A stretch of DNA of 63,855 bases, counting the filler, from Chiloscyllium plagiosum (taxonomy: Eukaryota), in NCBI RefSeq assembly GCF_004010195.1. It is 3 parts of one record of this genome, joined end to end, with 100 filler letters (N's around TTAATTAATTAA, not from the genome) between each part and the next. Parts side by side here need not be neighbours in the genome. Positions count along the whole stretch, not along the records: positions 1 to 30,437 come from NC_057710.1; positions 30,538 to 51,268 come from NC_057710.1; 1 more part is not named here. One strand, given 5' to 3'. A program made the translations under genes and the position numbers. The first letter of the stretch is position 1. The number at the start of each line of letters is the position of its first letter. The notes beneath the pieces were generated by a model, which saw nothing but the letters and a program-made list of their open reading frames with translations, ran no database searches and was not told the origin of the DNA. Below, one piece after another: positions 26,249-38,597 of the stretch.

Positions 26249-28575
26249 TATGGAGACTTGGATATCACAGGGGCAGGAATGGTTGTTGGATGTTCCAGGG
26301 TTTAGATGTTTCAAAAGGAATGGGGGTGGAGTTGGGGGGATGGGGGTGGGGGTGGGGGTGGTCATTGCTAACCAGGAGCTGTATCACAGCTGCAAAATGG
26401 GAGGTTGTCAAGGAAGGTTTGTCTACAGAGTGAGTATGGGTGGAAGTCAGAAATAGGAAAGGAGCAGTAACTTTATTGGGAGTTTTCTACAGATACCCCA
26501 ATAGCAACAGAAACGCAGAGGAGCAGATTGGAGGCAGAGTTTGGAAAGGTGCAGAAAAAACAGGGTTGTTGTCATGGGTGTCTTTAACCTCCCTAATGTT
26601 GATTGGAACATCCTTAGTTCAATAGTTTGGATAGAGCAGTTTTTGTCAGGTTTTGTCCAGGAAGGATTCCTTTACTCAATATGTAGACAGGCTGACTAGG
26701 GGTGGGGGGGTCATATTGGATTTGGTGCTTGGTAACAAACTAGGCCAAATATCAGAGCATTTTGGTGATAGTGATCACAACTCTGACCTTCACGACAGTC
26801 ATGGAGAAGGATAGGAGCAGATGGTATGGGAAAGTATTTAATTGGGGGAGGGGAATGACAATGCTATTAGGCAGCAACTGGGGCACCTGAATTGGGAATA
26901 GATGTTCTTGGGAAAATGCAGGATAGAAATGTGGAGGCTGCTGAAGATGCTGGATAGGTTTGTCCCACTGAGGTAAGGAAGGGATGGTAGGGTGAACGAA
27001 CCTTCGGTGACAAGGGATGTAGAACATCCAGTCAAGAGAAGAAACAAGATTAGCTAAGGTTGAGGAGGCAAAGATTAGACTGGGCTCTCGAGGGTTACAA
27101 GGTAGCCAGGAAGGAACTGAAGAATGGACTTAGGAGAGCTAGAAGGGGGCATGATAAAGCCTTCGTGAGTTGGATTAAGGAGAACCCGAAGGCATTCTAC
27201 ACTTAAGTGAGGAATAAGAGGATGGTCAGAGTGAGGGTAGGGCCAAATAGATGTTGGTTAAGGAGGAGGATGTGCTGAAATGTTTGAAACACATGAGGAT
27301 TATACAAGTCCCCTGGCCCAGATGGGATATATCCAAGGTTACTACAAAAAGTGAGGGAAGAGATTGCTGTGTCTTTGGCGATGATATTTGAGTCCTCATT
27401 GTCCACTGGAGTGGTGCCAGCTGATTTGAGGGTGGCAGAATTTATTCTCCTGTTCAAGGGGATAGGGGAAAATCCTGCGAATTACAGACCAGTCAGTCTT
27501 GCGTCCATGGTGGGCAAATTATTTGAGAGGATTCTGAGAGACAGGATTTACAATTACTTGGAAAAACCATAGTTTGATTATAGATAGTCAGCATGACTTT
27601 GAGGGGCAGGTCATGTCTCCAAGCTTTATTGTAGTCTTTGAGGATGTGACAAAACACATTGAAGGTAGAGCAGTGGATTTTAGCAAACATTCCCCATGAT
27701 GGGCTCATTCAGAAAGTAAGGAGGCATGGGATACAGGGAAATTTGGCTGGCTGGTTGGATGCAGGATTGACTCGTCCATAGGAGGCAGAAGATAGTAGTA
27801 GATGGAAAGTATTCAGCTTGGAGCTCAGTGACTAGTAATGTTCTGTAAGGATCTGACCTGGGACCTCTGTTCTTTGTGATTTTGATAAGTGACTTGGATG
27901 AGGAAGTGGAAAGGTGGGTTAGTAAGTTTGATGATGAATGAAGGTTGGTGGCATTGTGGATAGTGTGGAGGGCTGTTGTAGGTTGCAATGGGACATTGAC
28001 AGGATGCAGAGTTGGGCTGGAGTTTAACCTGGAAAAGTGTGAAGTGATTCATTTTGGAAAGTAGAATTTGAATGCAGAATACAGGGTTAAAGGCCGGATT
28101 TTTGGCAGTGTGGAGGAACAGAGGGATCTTGGGGTCCATGTCCATAGATCCCTCAAAGTTGTCACCCAAATTGATAGGGTTGTTATGAAGGTGTATGGTG
28201 TTAGACTCATAGAAACCTTACAGTGTGGAAACAGGCCATTTGGCCCAACTGTCTGAAGGGTAACCCACCCAAATCCATTCCCCTACCCTGTGACTCTCCA
28301 TATGTCCCTGAACACCATGGGCAACCTAGCAAGGTCAATTCAGCTAACTTGTACGTCTTTGGATTGTGGGAGGAAACCCACGCAAATATGGGGTGAATGT
28401 GCAAACTCCACATAGACCGTTTCCAGAGGCTAGAATCGAACCCGGTTCCCTGACACTGAGGCAACAGTGCTATTCACTGAGCCACCATGCCATCCATATG
28501 GTGTGTTGGCTTCCATTAGCAGGAGAATTGACTTTAAGAACCGTGAGGTTATGCTGCAGCTCTATGGAGACCTGG
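26249..28575 (+). mobile_element. CR1 LINE fragment in the opposite orientation, containing a minus-strand SINE at ~28207-28495
   Basis: ETW...WLLDVPG and PANYRPVSL motifs; the SINE is flanked by a TATGGTGT duplication. Confidence 0.8.
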
Positions 28576-28841
28576 TTAAACCCCATCATTTTAAACATCA
28601 AGTGTAGACCCAGAGTCATCAAGCGTTCCTCATATGTTAAGCTTTTCGTTCCTGGGATCATTCTCGTGAACCACCTCCAAATACACTCCAGGATTGGTAC
28701 ATCCATCCTAAAATGGGCCAAAAATACCACACAATACTCCATGTGAGAGCCTTCCAGGACCTCAGAAGTGCATTCCTGCTTTTATATTCAAGTCCTCTCA
28801 AAGTAAATACCATCATTACATTTACCTTCCCAACTACTGAC

Positions 28842-29036
28842 TCAGAGCTGAAAATGTGTTGCTGGAAAAGCGCAGCAGGTCAGGCAGCATCCAAGGAACA
28901 GGAGAATTGACGTTTCGGGCATAAGCCCTGTCCGAAACGTCGATTCTCCTGTTCCTTGGATGCTGCCTGACCTGCTGTGCTTTTCCAGCAACATATTTTC
29001 AGCTCTGATCTCCAGCATCTGCAGCCCTCACTTTCT
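28842..29036. mobile_element. Fold-back PLE-terminus insertion (77-bp arms) with up to 14-bp TSD
   Basis: Arms 28842-28918 and 28932-29008; CAACTACTGACTCA at 28831-28844 and 29037-29050; the turn lies in hammerhead stem II. Confidence 0.85.
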
Positions 29037-30481
29037 CAACTACTGACTCAACCTGAAAGTTTACCTTGAGAGAATCCTGAACCAGAACTCCCAAGTCTCG
29101 ATTTTTCTCCCCATTTAGAAAATAGTCCATGCCTCTCTTCTTCCTGCCAAAGTGAAAGACCTCACACTTTCCCACATTGTACTCCACCTGCCACTTCTTT
29201 GCCCACTTTTCTAACCTGTCCAAATCCTTCTGCAGTCTCCCCGCCTCCTTAATGCTACCTGTCCCTCTACCTGTCTTTGTATCGTTTGCAAACTTGGCCA
29301 GAATGCCTTCAGTTCATTCATCCAGATTGTCGATGTACAAAGTGAAAAGTGTGGACCCACTGAGCCTTGCGGAACACCCTTTGTCACCGGCTACCATCCT
29401 GAGAAAGGACCCTTTTATCCCTACTCTCGGCTTTCTGCTAGATAGCTAAGCTTCTATCCATGCTTGCACCTTGCCTATAACACCATGGGCCCTTATCCTA
29501 CTCAGTAGCCTCCTGTGTGGCACCTTGTCAAAGGCCTTCTTGAAGTCCAGATAGATAACTTCCATTGGCTCTCATTGGTCTAACCTGCTAGTTACTTCCT
29601 CAAAGAATTCGAACAGATTTGTCAGGCATGACCCAAATTTACCACACTTCCAAGTATTCAGAAATCTGAACCTTCACAATGGATCCCAGGATCTTATCCA
29701 CGACTGAGGTTAGGCTAATTGGTCTGTAATTTTTCCATCTTCAGCCTTACTCCTTTTTAAAACAGATGTCCCATTAGTGGTTTTCCAGTCCTGTAGGACC
29801 CTCTCTGATTCTAGTGATTCCAGAAAGATCACCACTAACTCCTTCACTATCTCTTCAGCTTATCTCCCTTAGAACAATGGGGTGTAGTCCATCTGGTCCA
29901 GGTGATGTATCCACCTTCAGGCCATTCAGTTTGTCTAGCACCTTCTCCTTGGTGATGGCCACTATACTGTGCTCTGCCCCCTCACTCTCTTGATGTTTTG
30001 GGATATTACTCATGTCTTCCACCATGAAGACTAACACAAAGTAATGATTCAGTTCCTGAGCCATTTTCCAGTGGCCCAATGTTAGCCTTTGCCTCATCCC
30101 ACTGCCCTTTGCTATGTTATATGCTTTCACTTTTGATTTTATGCTTTTTCAGACTTCCCCAGTCAGCCATGATTGCCCCATCCACCTTATACCATGCTTC
30201 TTCTCCCTCGGAATGAATCTCTGTTGTATCTCCGGAATTACTCAGAGACTCCTGCCATTAGTCTTCCACTGTCTTTCCTGCTAGGCTCCTCTCCCAGGTA
30301 TGGGCCTCAGCTATGCCTGTCTCTTTGTTGGCTACGTAGAGCAGTTGATCTTCCGTAATTACACCGGCACCACTCCCGACCTCTTCCTCCGCTACATTGA
30401 TGACTGCATTGGCGCCACCTCGTGCTCCCGCAAGGAGNNNNNNNNNNNNNNNNNNNNNNNNNNNNNNNNNNNNNNNNNNNN

Positions 30482-30493
30482 TTAATTAATTAA
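30482..30493. other. Artificial scaffold linker TTAATTAATTAA inside an N gap (also at 51313-51324)
   Basis: Identical 12-mer with stops in all frames, embedded in N runs at two places. Confidence 0.9.
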
Positions 30494-30583
30494 NNNNNNN
30501 NNNNNNNNNNNNNNNNNNNNNNNNNNNNNNNNNNNNNCCTCCTCTAGCTTATCTCTCCACGCTCCAGGCTCACTGGCTTTATT

Positions 30584-30613
30584 CCTGATGAAGGGCTTTT
30601 GCCCGAAACGTCG
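30584..30613 (+). ncRNA. Minimal hammerhead ribozyme motif
   Basis: C-CTGATGA-A-GGGC-TTTT-GCCC-GAA-ACGT-C-G: intact core, palindromic stem III, GUC cleavage triplet; stem I only 1 bp. Confidence 0.65.
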
Positions 30614-31569
30614 CTTTCGGAGCTCCTTGGATGCTACCTGAACTGCTGTGCTCTTCCAGCACCACTAATCCAGAATCTGGTTTCCAGCATCTGCAGTCAT
30701 TGTTTTTACCTCCTCTCCCAGTCAGTTCTGTCCAGCTCCTCCCTCATGCCTCTGTAGTTGGCTTTATTTAGCTGTACTACTGTTATATCTGATTCTATCT
30801 TCTCCTTCTCAGATTGCAGGGTAAATTCAATCATCTTATGAACGCTGCCTCCTAAGGGTTCCTTCACCTTGAGCTCCCTTATCAAATCTCTCTCATTGCA
30901 CAATACTAAATCCAGAATTGCCTGTTCCCTAGTGGGCTCCACCACAAACTGCTTCAAAAAACCATTTTGTAGACATTCCACAAATTCCTTTTCTTGCTGT
31001 CCAGTGTCAGCCTGATTTTCCAAGTTCACCTGAATATTGAAATCCCCCATCACTGCTGTAACTTTGCCTTTGCTACTCACCTTTTCTATCTCCTGATGTG
31101 TCTTGCACTCCAGCTCCTGACTAATGTTTGGAGACTTGTACATAACTCAGCTGTGGTTTTTGTCTTCACTTTGCAGTTCCTCAATTCTACCCACACAGAT
31201 TCTACACCATCTGACCCTACTTCATTTGTTACTATTGATTTAATTTCATTTCTTCCTAATAAGGCATTGCCACTCCCTCTTCCCGTCTGCCTATCTTTTC
31301 GATCACATCCCCTTGCAGCATCATCTCCGTGATGCGCACCACGTCTTATCTGACAAGTTCGATCTGCACCACAAGCTCATTTACCTTATTCCTTATACTG
31401 TGTGCATTCGGATATAATACCTTCAGTCCTGTATTAAACATCTCTCCTCTTCTTTGTTTGTTTGTCCAGTGTGCTTGAAGTTTGATTGCTAACCTTTTCC
31501 ATACGCTGTGTCCTACTTGTGTCTGTGCTGGAGATTTTAATTATCTCCAGGGCTCTGCTTTGCTCTTCC

Positions 31570-32730
31570 TGGATCTGTTCCCACCAACCACCACACCCGT
31601 CCACTTGGCCAAGCTCGTCCTCACGCTGAACGATTTTTCCTTTGGTAAGAGGGTTGGCCATGGGTACATGCGTGGGTCCGAGTGATACCTGTTTCTTCAT
31701 GTGGTATGTGGACCAATCCTTGTTCCAGTCTTATTTCATCCCTACACGCCCCGCCCCCCCCCAAACAACAACTTTTTCTCTGCTATATTGATTAAACTGG
31801 CCACTAATATCCACAATAAATCTACTGACTCCCACAAGCTGCCTGGACTATACGTCTTCGCACCCTGCTTCCTGTTTTTTTATTAAAAACTCCATTCTCC
31901 CAGTTTCTCTCGTCTCCAGCACACGTTTCAATGAGGCCAGGTTCAACAAGGGAGCCTCCAAAATGCCCTCAACCAAGGATTCCCGAGCACTGTAGTCATC
32001 AGGATCAAACCCATCTCCCACACTTTGCCTTCATCCCCCACTTTTCCCTCCTGCAACAGCAATAGGTTTCCCCTGAAACAGAAATGTTGGCCAGGGAACA
32101 GGGTGGTGCATTTAAGTGGCAGACAACCGGAAGTTAAGGGTTATTTTTGAGGGCAGAACATAGTATTCTGCAAAGCAGTAGCCCAGTCTACACTTCACTT
32201 CCCCAATGTAGAAGAGACCACGTTGTGAGCAGCAAATGCAGTGAACCAGATTGCGTAAAGTGTAGGTAAAGTGCTGCTTCACTTGGAAGGTATGTTTGGG
32301 GTCTTGGATACTGAGGATAAAAGAGGTAAATGAGCAGGTGTTACAACTTCAGCAATTGCAGGGGAAGGTGTCATGGTGTTGTAGGTTGGTGTTGGGAGTG
32401 AAGGAGGCGTTGACCAGGGTGTATCGGAGGGAATGGTCCCTGCAGGAGGCAGACAAGGGAGGGAAGTGTGTGTCTGGTGGTGGCATCTTGCTAGAGGTGG
32501 TGGAAAAAGTGGCTGTGATGTTCTGGATATGGATGCTGTTAGAATGTTAGGTAAGGACCCTATTTATAGGTTATAAATTCTGTGTCTTACAATCTTATAC
32601 TCCACAACCACCTGATGAAGGAGCAGTGCTCTCAAAGCTAGTGCTTCCAAATAAACCTGTTGGACTATAACCTGGTGTTGTGAGATTTTTAACTTGGTAC
32701 ACCCTAGTCCAACACCAGCATCTCCAAATC
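31570..32730. mobile_element. Decayed PLE: + RT remnant, minus-strand GIY-YIG remnant, + terminal repeat with mutated hammerhead (32609-32643)
   Basis: LAKLVLTLNDFSF peptide; CCCCAATGTAGAAGAGACC (YIG on minus); CACCTGATGAAGGAGC...CTCAAAGCTAGTG is the same family as 4232. Confidence 0.65.
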
Positions 32731-33445
32731 AAGAGTTAGTTATTGTTAGCCACTAACAGTCTTCACTAACAGCTATTTACTCTCCTAGCCAGATTGTTAT
32801 CAAGTCATTTGTCTGTCTGGCTGTTCTTCTCTCTCTCTTTGGGCTCTATCCCCACATACTCCTTACCCCTTCCCCCAACTCTACACCCTATCTTCTGCAG
32901 ATAAGCTGACATTTTCCTAGTTAGTTCTGTTTTTATTGTTGATCATCATTACACCAGTGTTCAATCCAGGTTTATTGATTTGAATTTAAATACTAAGAAC
33001 TGTCATGGTAGTTTTGAATCTATGTCTTCCAGCATTACCTGGGTCTGTGGATTACTGATCCAGTAACTTGATCATTCTGACACTGTCTCCTCAAGTATCT
33101 CCTCTAGCCGTGCAATTTTCTGAGATCTATGATCTCTGCAAATACTGGATTTTGAGCATCTTCCAATTTTCATGACCCCATAGTTGGTACTTACTTCAGA
33201 TCTTAAGATCTGCAATTTCCTATCTAATTTGCATGCACATCTACCTCTCTCGAATTCTTTAATATATTTTAGGAAACCATCAGTCCTAATATTCTTTTCT
33301 GTGGCTTAATAAAAATACTGTGAACTCTTAAATACCAAAGGCTCCTAAGATCCATGGAAATGTATTTCTGAATGATTCATAATTTTAACAAGAAGTAGAG
33401 ACAAATTACTCTACTTTTAACCAATTGTATATCTTTTGTTTCAAG

Positions 33446-33549
33446 GTAAACTGTTTATTTTGTCAGAAGGCATCTTATTTATTCATCCTCGCTCTGGCAG
33501 CATGACCATTCCGAAGAGCCACATGGCTGCATTGAAGTATTATGATGGC
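33446..33549 (+). CDS. DNAAF9: Internal coding exon C (GKLFILSEGILFIHPRSGSMTIPKSHMAALKYYDG) of DNAAF9/C20orf194
   Basis: tttgtttcaag acceptor; donor GTGAGT at 33550; 104 nt, phase 1/0, completing the Gly codon split from exon B. Resembles the recalled human segment ...SKDHMNSISFYDG. Confidence 0.9.
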
Positions 33550-36500
33550 GTGAGTACCGTTATCAGCCATTTTAAAGAAAAAATGCCTTGCAGTCACATG
33601 CTGCATGAACCTTTTGGACTGATTGAATATTGCATCTGAAGTGCAATGTACATATGCACATGTCTATGCACACTTACATCCAGGGGAAATGTGCAAGATA
33701 GTCATGTGGCTAATTCAGTTTTCAAGGAAAAAGCTGTAAGGAAGAACTACTTCTGATAGCATTGTTGCAAAATAATTTTCTGTAATAAAGGTTCCTTGGA
33801 GTTTTAATCAGAATGAAAGATTAACTACTTGCAGTCCCGAGTTTGATTTTATTTTTCTTTTTTTTGCTTCAATTAAGAGTTTGAAGTTCAGTTATATTTT
33901 GTATTGTTAATCCACCTTTTTGGTAGCTTCAGAAAATGTCTATATTACAAAGAACTCCTTTATGTACATTGCTCATAATGTCAGTACCATTATAAAAGGC
34001 TTTTGTGACACACTTTGTAACATGGCAATGTAACATCCTTATTCAGAAAAGAAAGGGACAAAAAAGTAAACAACTATGCACTGGTTAACTTACCATGTGT
34101 TCTTGGGAAATTGTTAATTGTAAAAGATGTAATAATAAAGCATTTAGAAACACAATCTATTCGAGCAGAGTCAGCACAACTTCCCTCTGGAATTGTGCCT
34201 TACAAATATATTAGAATTTTTCTTTGAAGAGGTAACAAGCAGGATAAATGGAGGGGAAGCAGTGAATATAATGAATTTGGTTTTCAGTCAGTATTTAAGG
34301 TACCATGAGTGAGGCTCCTTGATAAGACAAGAGCCCATCATGTTGGGAATAGTAGATTAGCATGGTTAGAGGGTTGGTTGACAAACACAAGACAGACAGG
34401 AAAATAAATTACTGGAAAAACTCTCCAGGTTCGAGTAGCATCTGTGGAGAGAAGTCAATGTTTCACGTCTAGTGACCCTTCTTCAGAACAGTGCTTCTGT
34501 GTCTTAGGATCTATATCTTCTGTTTTTAATATTCTTAATGGAATATGGCATCACTTGCAAGGCTGTAATTTGTTGCCCATCCTGATTACTCTCAAGTAAT
34601 TAAGAATCAACCAAATTGTTGTCCCATTGGCCAGACGATGTAAATGGGATTTTAAAAATCATTGGTCATTTGATCACCAATGGTGGTGATATGAGTTTAA
34701 GTCCCACCAAGTCTGCCATGGTGGGACTTAAACTCATATCAGCCCTCATCTTTTCATAAGCTTCTACATTCCTGGTTCAGAGATATTAAGACTATAACAC
34801 TGTCCACCAGGAACAGTCTTGGAACTATAATGGTATTGGAATATCAATGGTACTTCTGTACTCGGCCTGCGTGCCTTTGACAAGTGATTGCCAGCAGTTT
34901 TGAGATGACATCGTAATAAAATATCACTCATAATGTTTCCATTAATTGGAGAGTTAATTCCAAAAATTTAAGTCCTAAATATAAGCTTTCGTGAAAGCAT
35001 TGAAGACTGAAGAACGAACTGACATAAGTATATAAAATTGAGAATTTTTCCCAATTTGGAAATATCAAATATTAGGGAGCATAGACTTAAGGCCAGAGGG
35101 GAAAAGTTTAAAGGAGGTTTTTTTTTAAGAGGGAATGGGTGCCTGGAATGCACTACCAAGGAAGGTGGTAGAAGCAGGGATGTTAGCAAAGGTTATAAGG
35201 CATTTAGACAGATATCTGAACAGGTATGGACCGTGTTCAGGCAGAAGGGATGAGTTTAGATTGGCATCATGGTTGGCACAGATGTTGTGGGCCAAATGGC
35301 CTGTTCCTGTGCTGTACTATTCTAATAGGTACTTGCAAATAAATCTAAGTGAGGGGAACGGAGGAAGTTATTTACCCATAAGTAAGGATGTAGAAAACAC
35401 TGCCACAATAATGGAGTAGTTGAGGCAAATAGCATGGATGCATTGAAGTGGAAGCTTGATAAGCACACAAGTGGAAAGCAGGCGAGACTGAGGAGTGAAA
35501 TGAAATCGGGATGGGAGAGGACTCAGGTGGAGCATAATAAGAACATAGAGCAGAATTACACCATGTAGCCAATTGATCCGCTCCATTGTTCCATCGGAAC
35601 TGATTAACCCCATTCTCCTCCCTTTTCCCTCAACTATTGATCCTTTTGCCAAGCGAGAATCTATCTATCTTTGTCTTAAATGCACTCAATGACTTGGCGT
35701 CTATAGCCGTCCCCACCTAGGAGTTCCGACTCCATATCCCTTCTTGCTATTGATTTAATTTCATTCCTTTCTAACAAGGCAACCCTGCCCATCTGCCTGT
35801 CCTGGTGATATATTCTTGGACATTTAGTTCCCAGCCCTGAGTTGCAGCTGTATCTGTGATACCCACAATATCGTACTTGCCAATTTCAGTCTGCTCGACA
35901 AGCTCATTTATCTTTTTTCTTAAATGAGGCAGCATAAGTACAGTACTCAGTTCTGCATCGACTATCCTCCTCCTCCTCCTCCTCATTATTGTCCCCAGAT
36001 GTTAGACTCGTGACACTTTCATACGCTGTCCTATTGTTCTGGAAAATTTTAATCTCTGCTGAGTCCTCCCCGGTCTTTAATTTATTTTTTCCCTAATTTT
36101 CTGTGCAACTGAACCCACACCATCGCTACTTAGCATCAAGCACTGTCCACAGCCCAAGTTGTGCAATCCCAGCTTTCTCAATGGGTGGGAAAATGCCAGA
36201 TAATGTCTACCTTCCTGGTTTGAAAATGAAAATCTAGGCCAACATTTCTGCTTGATGCCCTTTCTCCAGAACCTTAAAAAAAAATTATGTTTAGAAAGCC
36301 TGAACTACTTACCTGTCCTCCAACATGCATGGTTTTCTCTTTTTTTTTCCAGTTATTTATGCGACTCTTTATTGGATTTCCTATGACTATTAGAAACATC
36401 CAAAGTGTGGATAGAAAAAAAAAAGTTAATCTACCATTGTGGTAGTTAATGCACAAGGATAAGAATTGAGAGGTCATAAATTGAAATTTTAGCTTGACTA

Positions 36501-37330
36501 ATTGTAGCACAAGGAAAAATAACCAGAAAAGACGAGGATCATTGTTAAAATGCAGTTGTTCAGCTTTAGGGAGGAAAATATTTCTACTCTGATGGTTCTA
36601 GACTAATCATGATTGGATCTAAGTGCCTTGTGAAAAACGAACTGGAAGAAGTTTCAGAGTTGTTTGGGTATAGACAGAGATGCTATTCAGCCCGTTGTGT
36701 CTGTGCTAACTCTGAGCATTTTATCTTTGCCAATCTCCAGTCATTTTTCTGTAACTCTACACACTGTTTCAATTTAAATATTCATCCACTAACGTCTTGG
36801 AATGAATCTATTCTACACACACTTCAAAGCAGATTATTCTAGACCTTGATTACTTGTTGTGTGGAAAAAGCTTTTTCTTCCACAGAGTCATACGGATGTA
36901 CAACACAGCAACACACCCTTCGGTCCAACTCGTCCATGCCGACCGGATATACTAAACGAATCTGGTCTCGTTTGCCAGCACTTGGCCCATATCCCTCTAA
37001 ACCCTTCCTATTCATATACCCATTCGGATGCCTTTAAAATGTTGTAATTGTACCAGCCTCCATCACTTCCTTTGGCAGCTCATTCTATACATGCACCACC
37101 TGCATGAAGGTCTGTTTTAACTGTATCCCCTCTCACCTAAACCTGTGCCCTCTTGTTCTGGACTCCCCATCCCAGGGAAAAGACCGTGTCTGTTTATCCT
37201 ACCCATGCCCCTCATGATTTTATAAACCTCTATAAGGTCACCCCTTAGCCTCCAGCAATCTAGGAAAAACAGCCCCAGCCTATTCAGCCTCTGCCTGTCG
37301 TTCAAATCCTCCAACCTGGCAACATCCTTG

Positions 37331-38597
37331 CATATACCTCCTGCAAAAATGCTGAGTTGTATTCCCAATTCCTCCGCCTCTGCAGCATCTGCTCCCAGGA
37401 GGACCAGTTCCACCACAGAACACACCAGATGGCCTCTCTCTTTTAAAGACCACAACCTCCCCTCACACGTGGTTGAGGATGCCCTCCAACATATCTCATC
37501 TATGTCCTGCACCTCCACCCTCGAACCCCACCCCTCCAACTGCAACAAGAACAGAGCCCCCCCCGGCCCTCACCTTCCACCCCACCAACCTCTGAATAAA
37601 CTGCATCGTCCGTCGACATTTCCGCCATCTACAAACAGACCCCACTACGAGGGATGTATTTCCGTTCCCACCCCTATCTGCTTTCCACAAAGACCGTTCC
37701 CTCTGGAATTATCTGTGCTGTACATCTCGATGACAATATACTCTAAGTCTACCCCCCCCCAAATCTTTTGCCTCAGGACCCTTCAACCCCAGGGCATCAA
37801 TGTGTACTTCACCAGTTTTTTTTTCTCATTTCCCTTCCCCGCCCCCCCCACCTCTCCCCCACACTTTACTCCAGTTCCNNNNNNNNNNNNNNNNNNNNNN
37901 NNNNNNNNNNNNNNNNNNNNNNNNNNNNNNNNNNNNNNNNNNNNNNNNNNNNNNNNNNNNNNNNNNNNNNNNNNNNNNNNNNNNNNNNNNNNNNNNNNNN
38001 NNNNNNNNNNNNNNNNNNNNNNNNNNNNNNNNNNNNNNNNNNNNNNNNNNNNNNNNNNNNNNNNNNNNNNNNNNNNNNNNNNNNNNNNNNNNNNNNNNNN
38101 NNNNNNNNNNNNNNNNNNNNNNNNNNNNNNNNNNNNNNNNNNNNNNNNNNNNNNNNNNNNNNNNNNNNNNNNNNNNNNNNNNNNNNNNNNNNNNNNNNNN
38201 NNNNNNNNNNNNNNNNNNNNNNNNNNNNNNNNNNNNNNNNNNNNNNNNNNNNNNNNNNNNNNNNNNCCCCCACCTTGTCTTAGTCCCAACCCTCGAACTC
38301 AGCACCACCTTCCTAACCTGCAATCTTCTTCCTGATCTCTCCGCCTCCACCCCCACTCTGGCCTATCACCCTCACCTTAACCTTCTTCCACCTATCGCAT
38401 TTCCAACGCCCTTCCCCCAAGTCCCTCCTCCCTACCTTTTATCTTGGCCCGCTTGGCACACTTTCCTCATTCCTGAAGAAGGGCTCATGCCCGAAACGTC
38501 GATTCTCCTGCTCCTTGGATGCTGCCTGACCTGCTGTGCCTTTCCAGCAACACATTTTCAGCTCTGATCTCCAGCATCTGCAGTCCTCACTTTCTCC
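37331..38597 (+). mobile_element. Penelope-like element 3' part (with gap) and terminal repeat
   Basis: Homologous to 44614-45644 in reverse; CAACATCCTTG duplicated at 37320-37330 and 38612-38622. Confidence 0.8.
38471..38502 (+). ncRNA. Minimal hammerhead ribozyme motif
   Basis: TC-CTGAAGA-A-GGGC-TCAT-GCCC-GAA-ACGT-C-GA: intact core; predicted cleavage after C38500. Confidence 0.7.

Larger units (their letters stand above)
30298..30709 (+). mobile_element. Penelope-like element (RT start, assembly gap, terminal repeat) with 12-bp TSD
   Basis: MGLSYACLFVGYVEQ...FLRYIDDCIG; CTCCTCTCCCAG at 30286-30297 and 30710-30721. Confidence 0.85.
25985..31440 (-). mobile_element. Degenerate CR1 LINE hosting several nested insertions
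   Basis: 3' UTR at 25985-26248; RT and endonuclease remnants at 28580-31440 (e.g. ORFs 29855-30130 SPGPDGLHP and 30706-31143 MGDFN). Confidence 0.75.

Noticed and set aside
30438..30537. TTAATTAATTAA motif within N runs (also 51269-51368)
   Set aside because: Assembly linker, not biological sequence.
37328..38567. Long ORFs of 135-335 aa
   Set aside because: They are artefacts of translating through the N gap inside a PLE.
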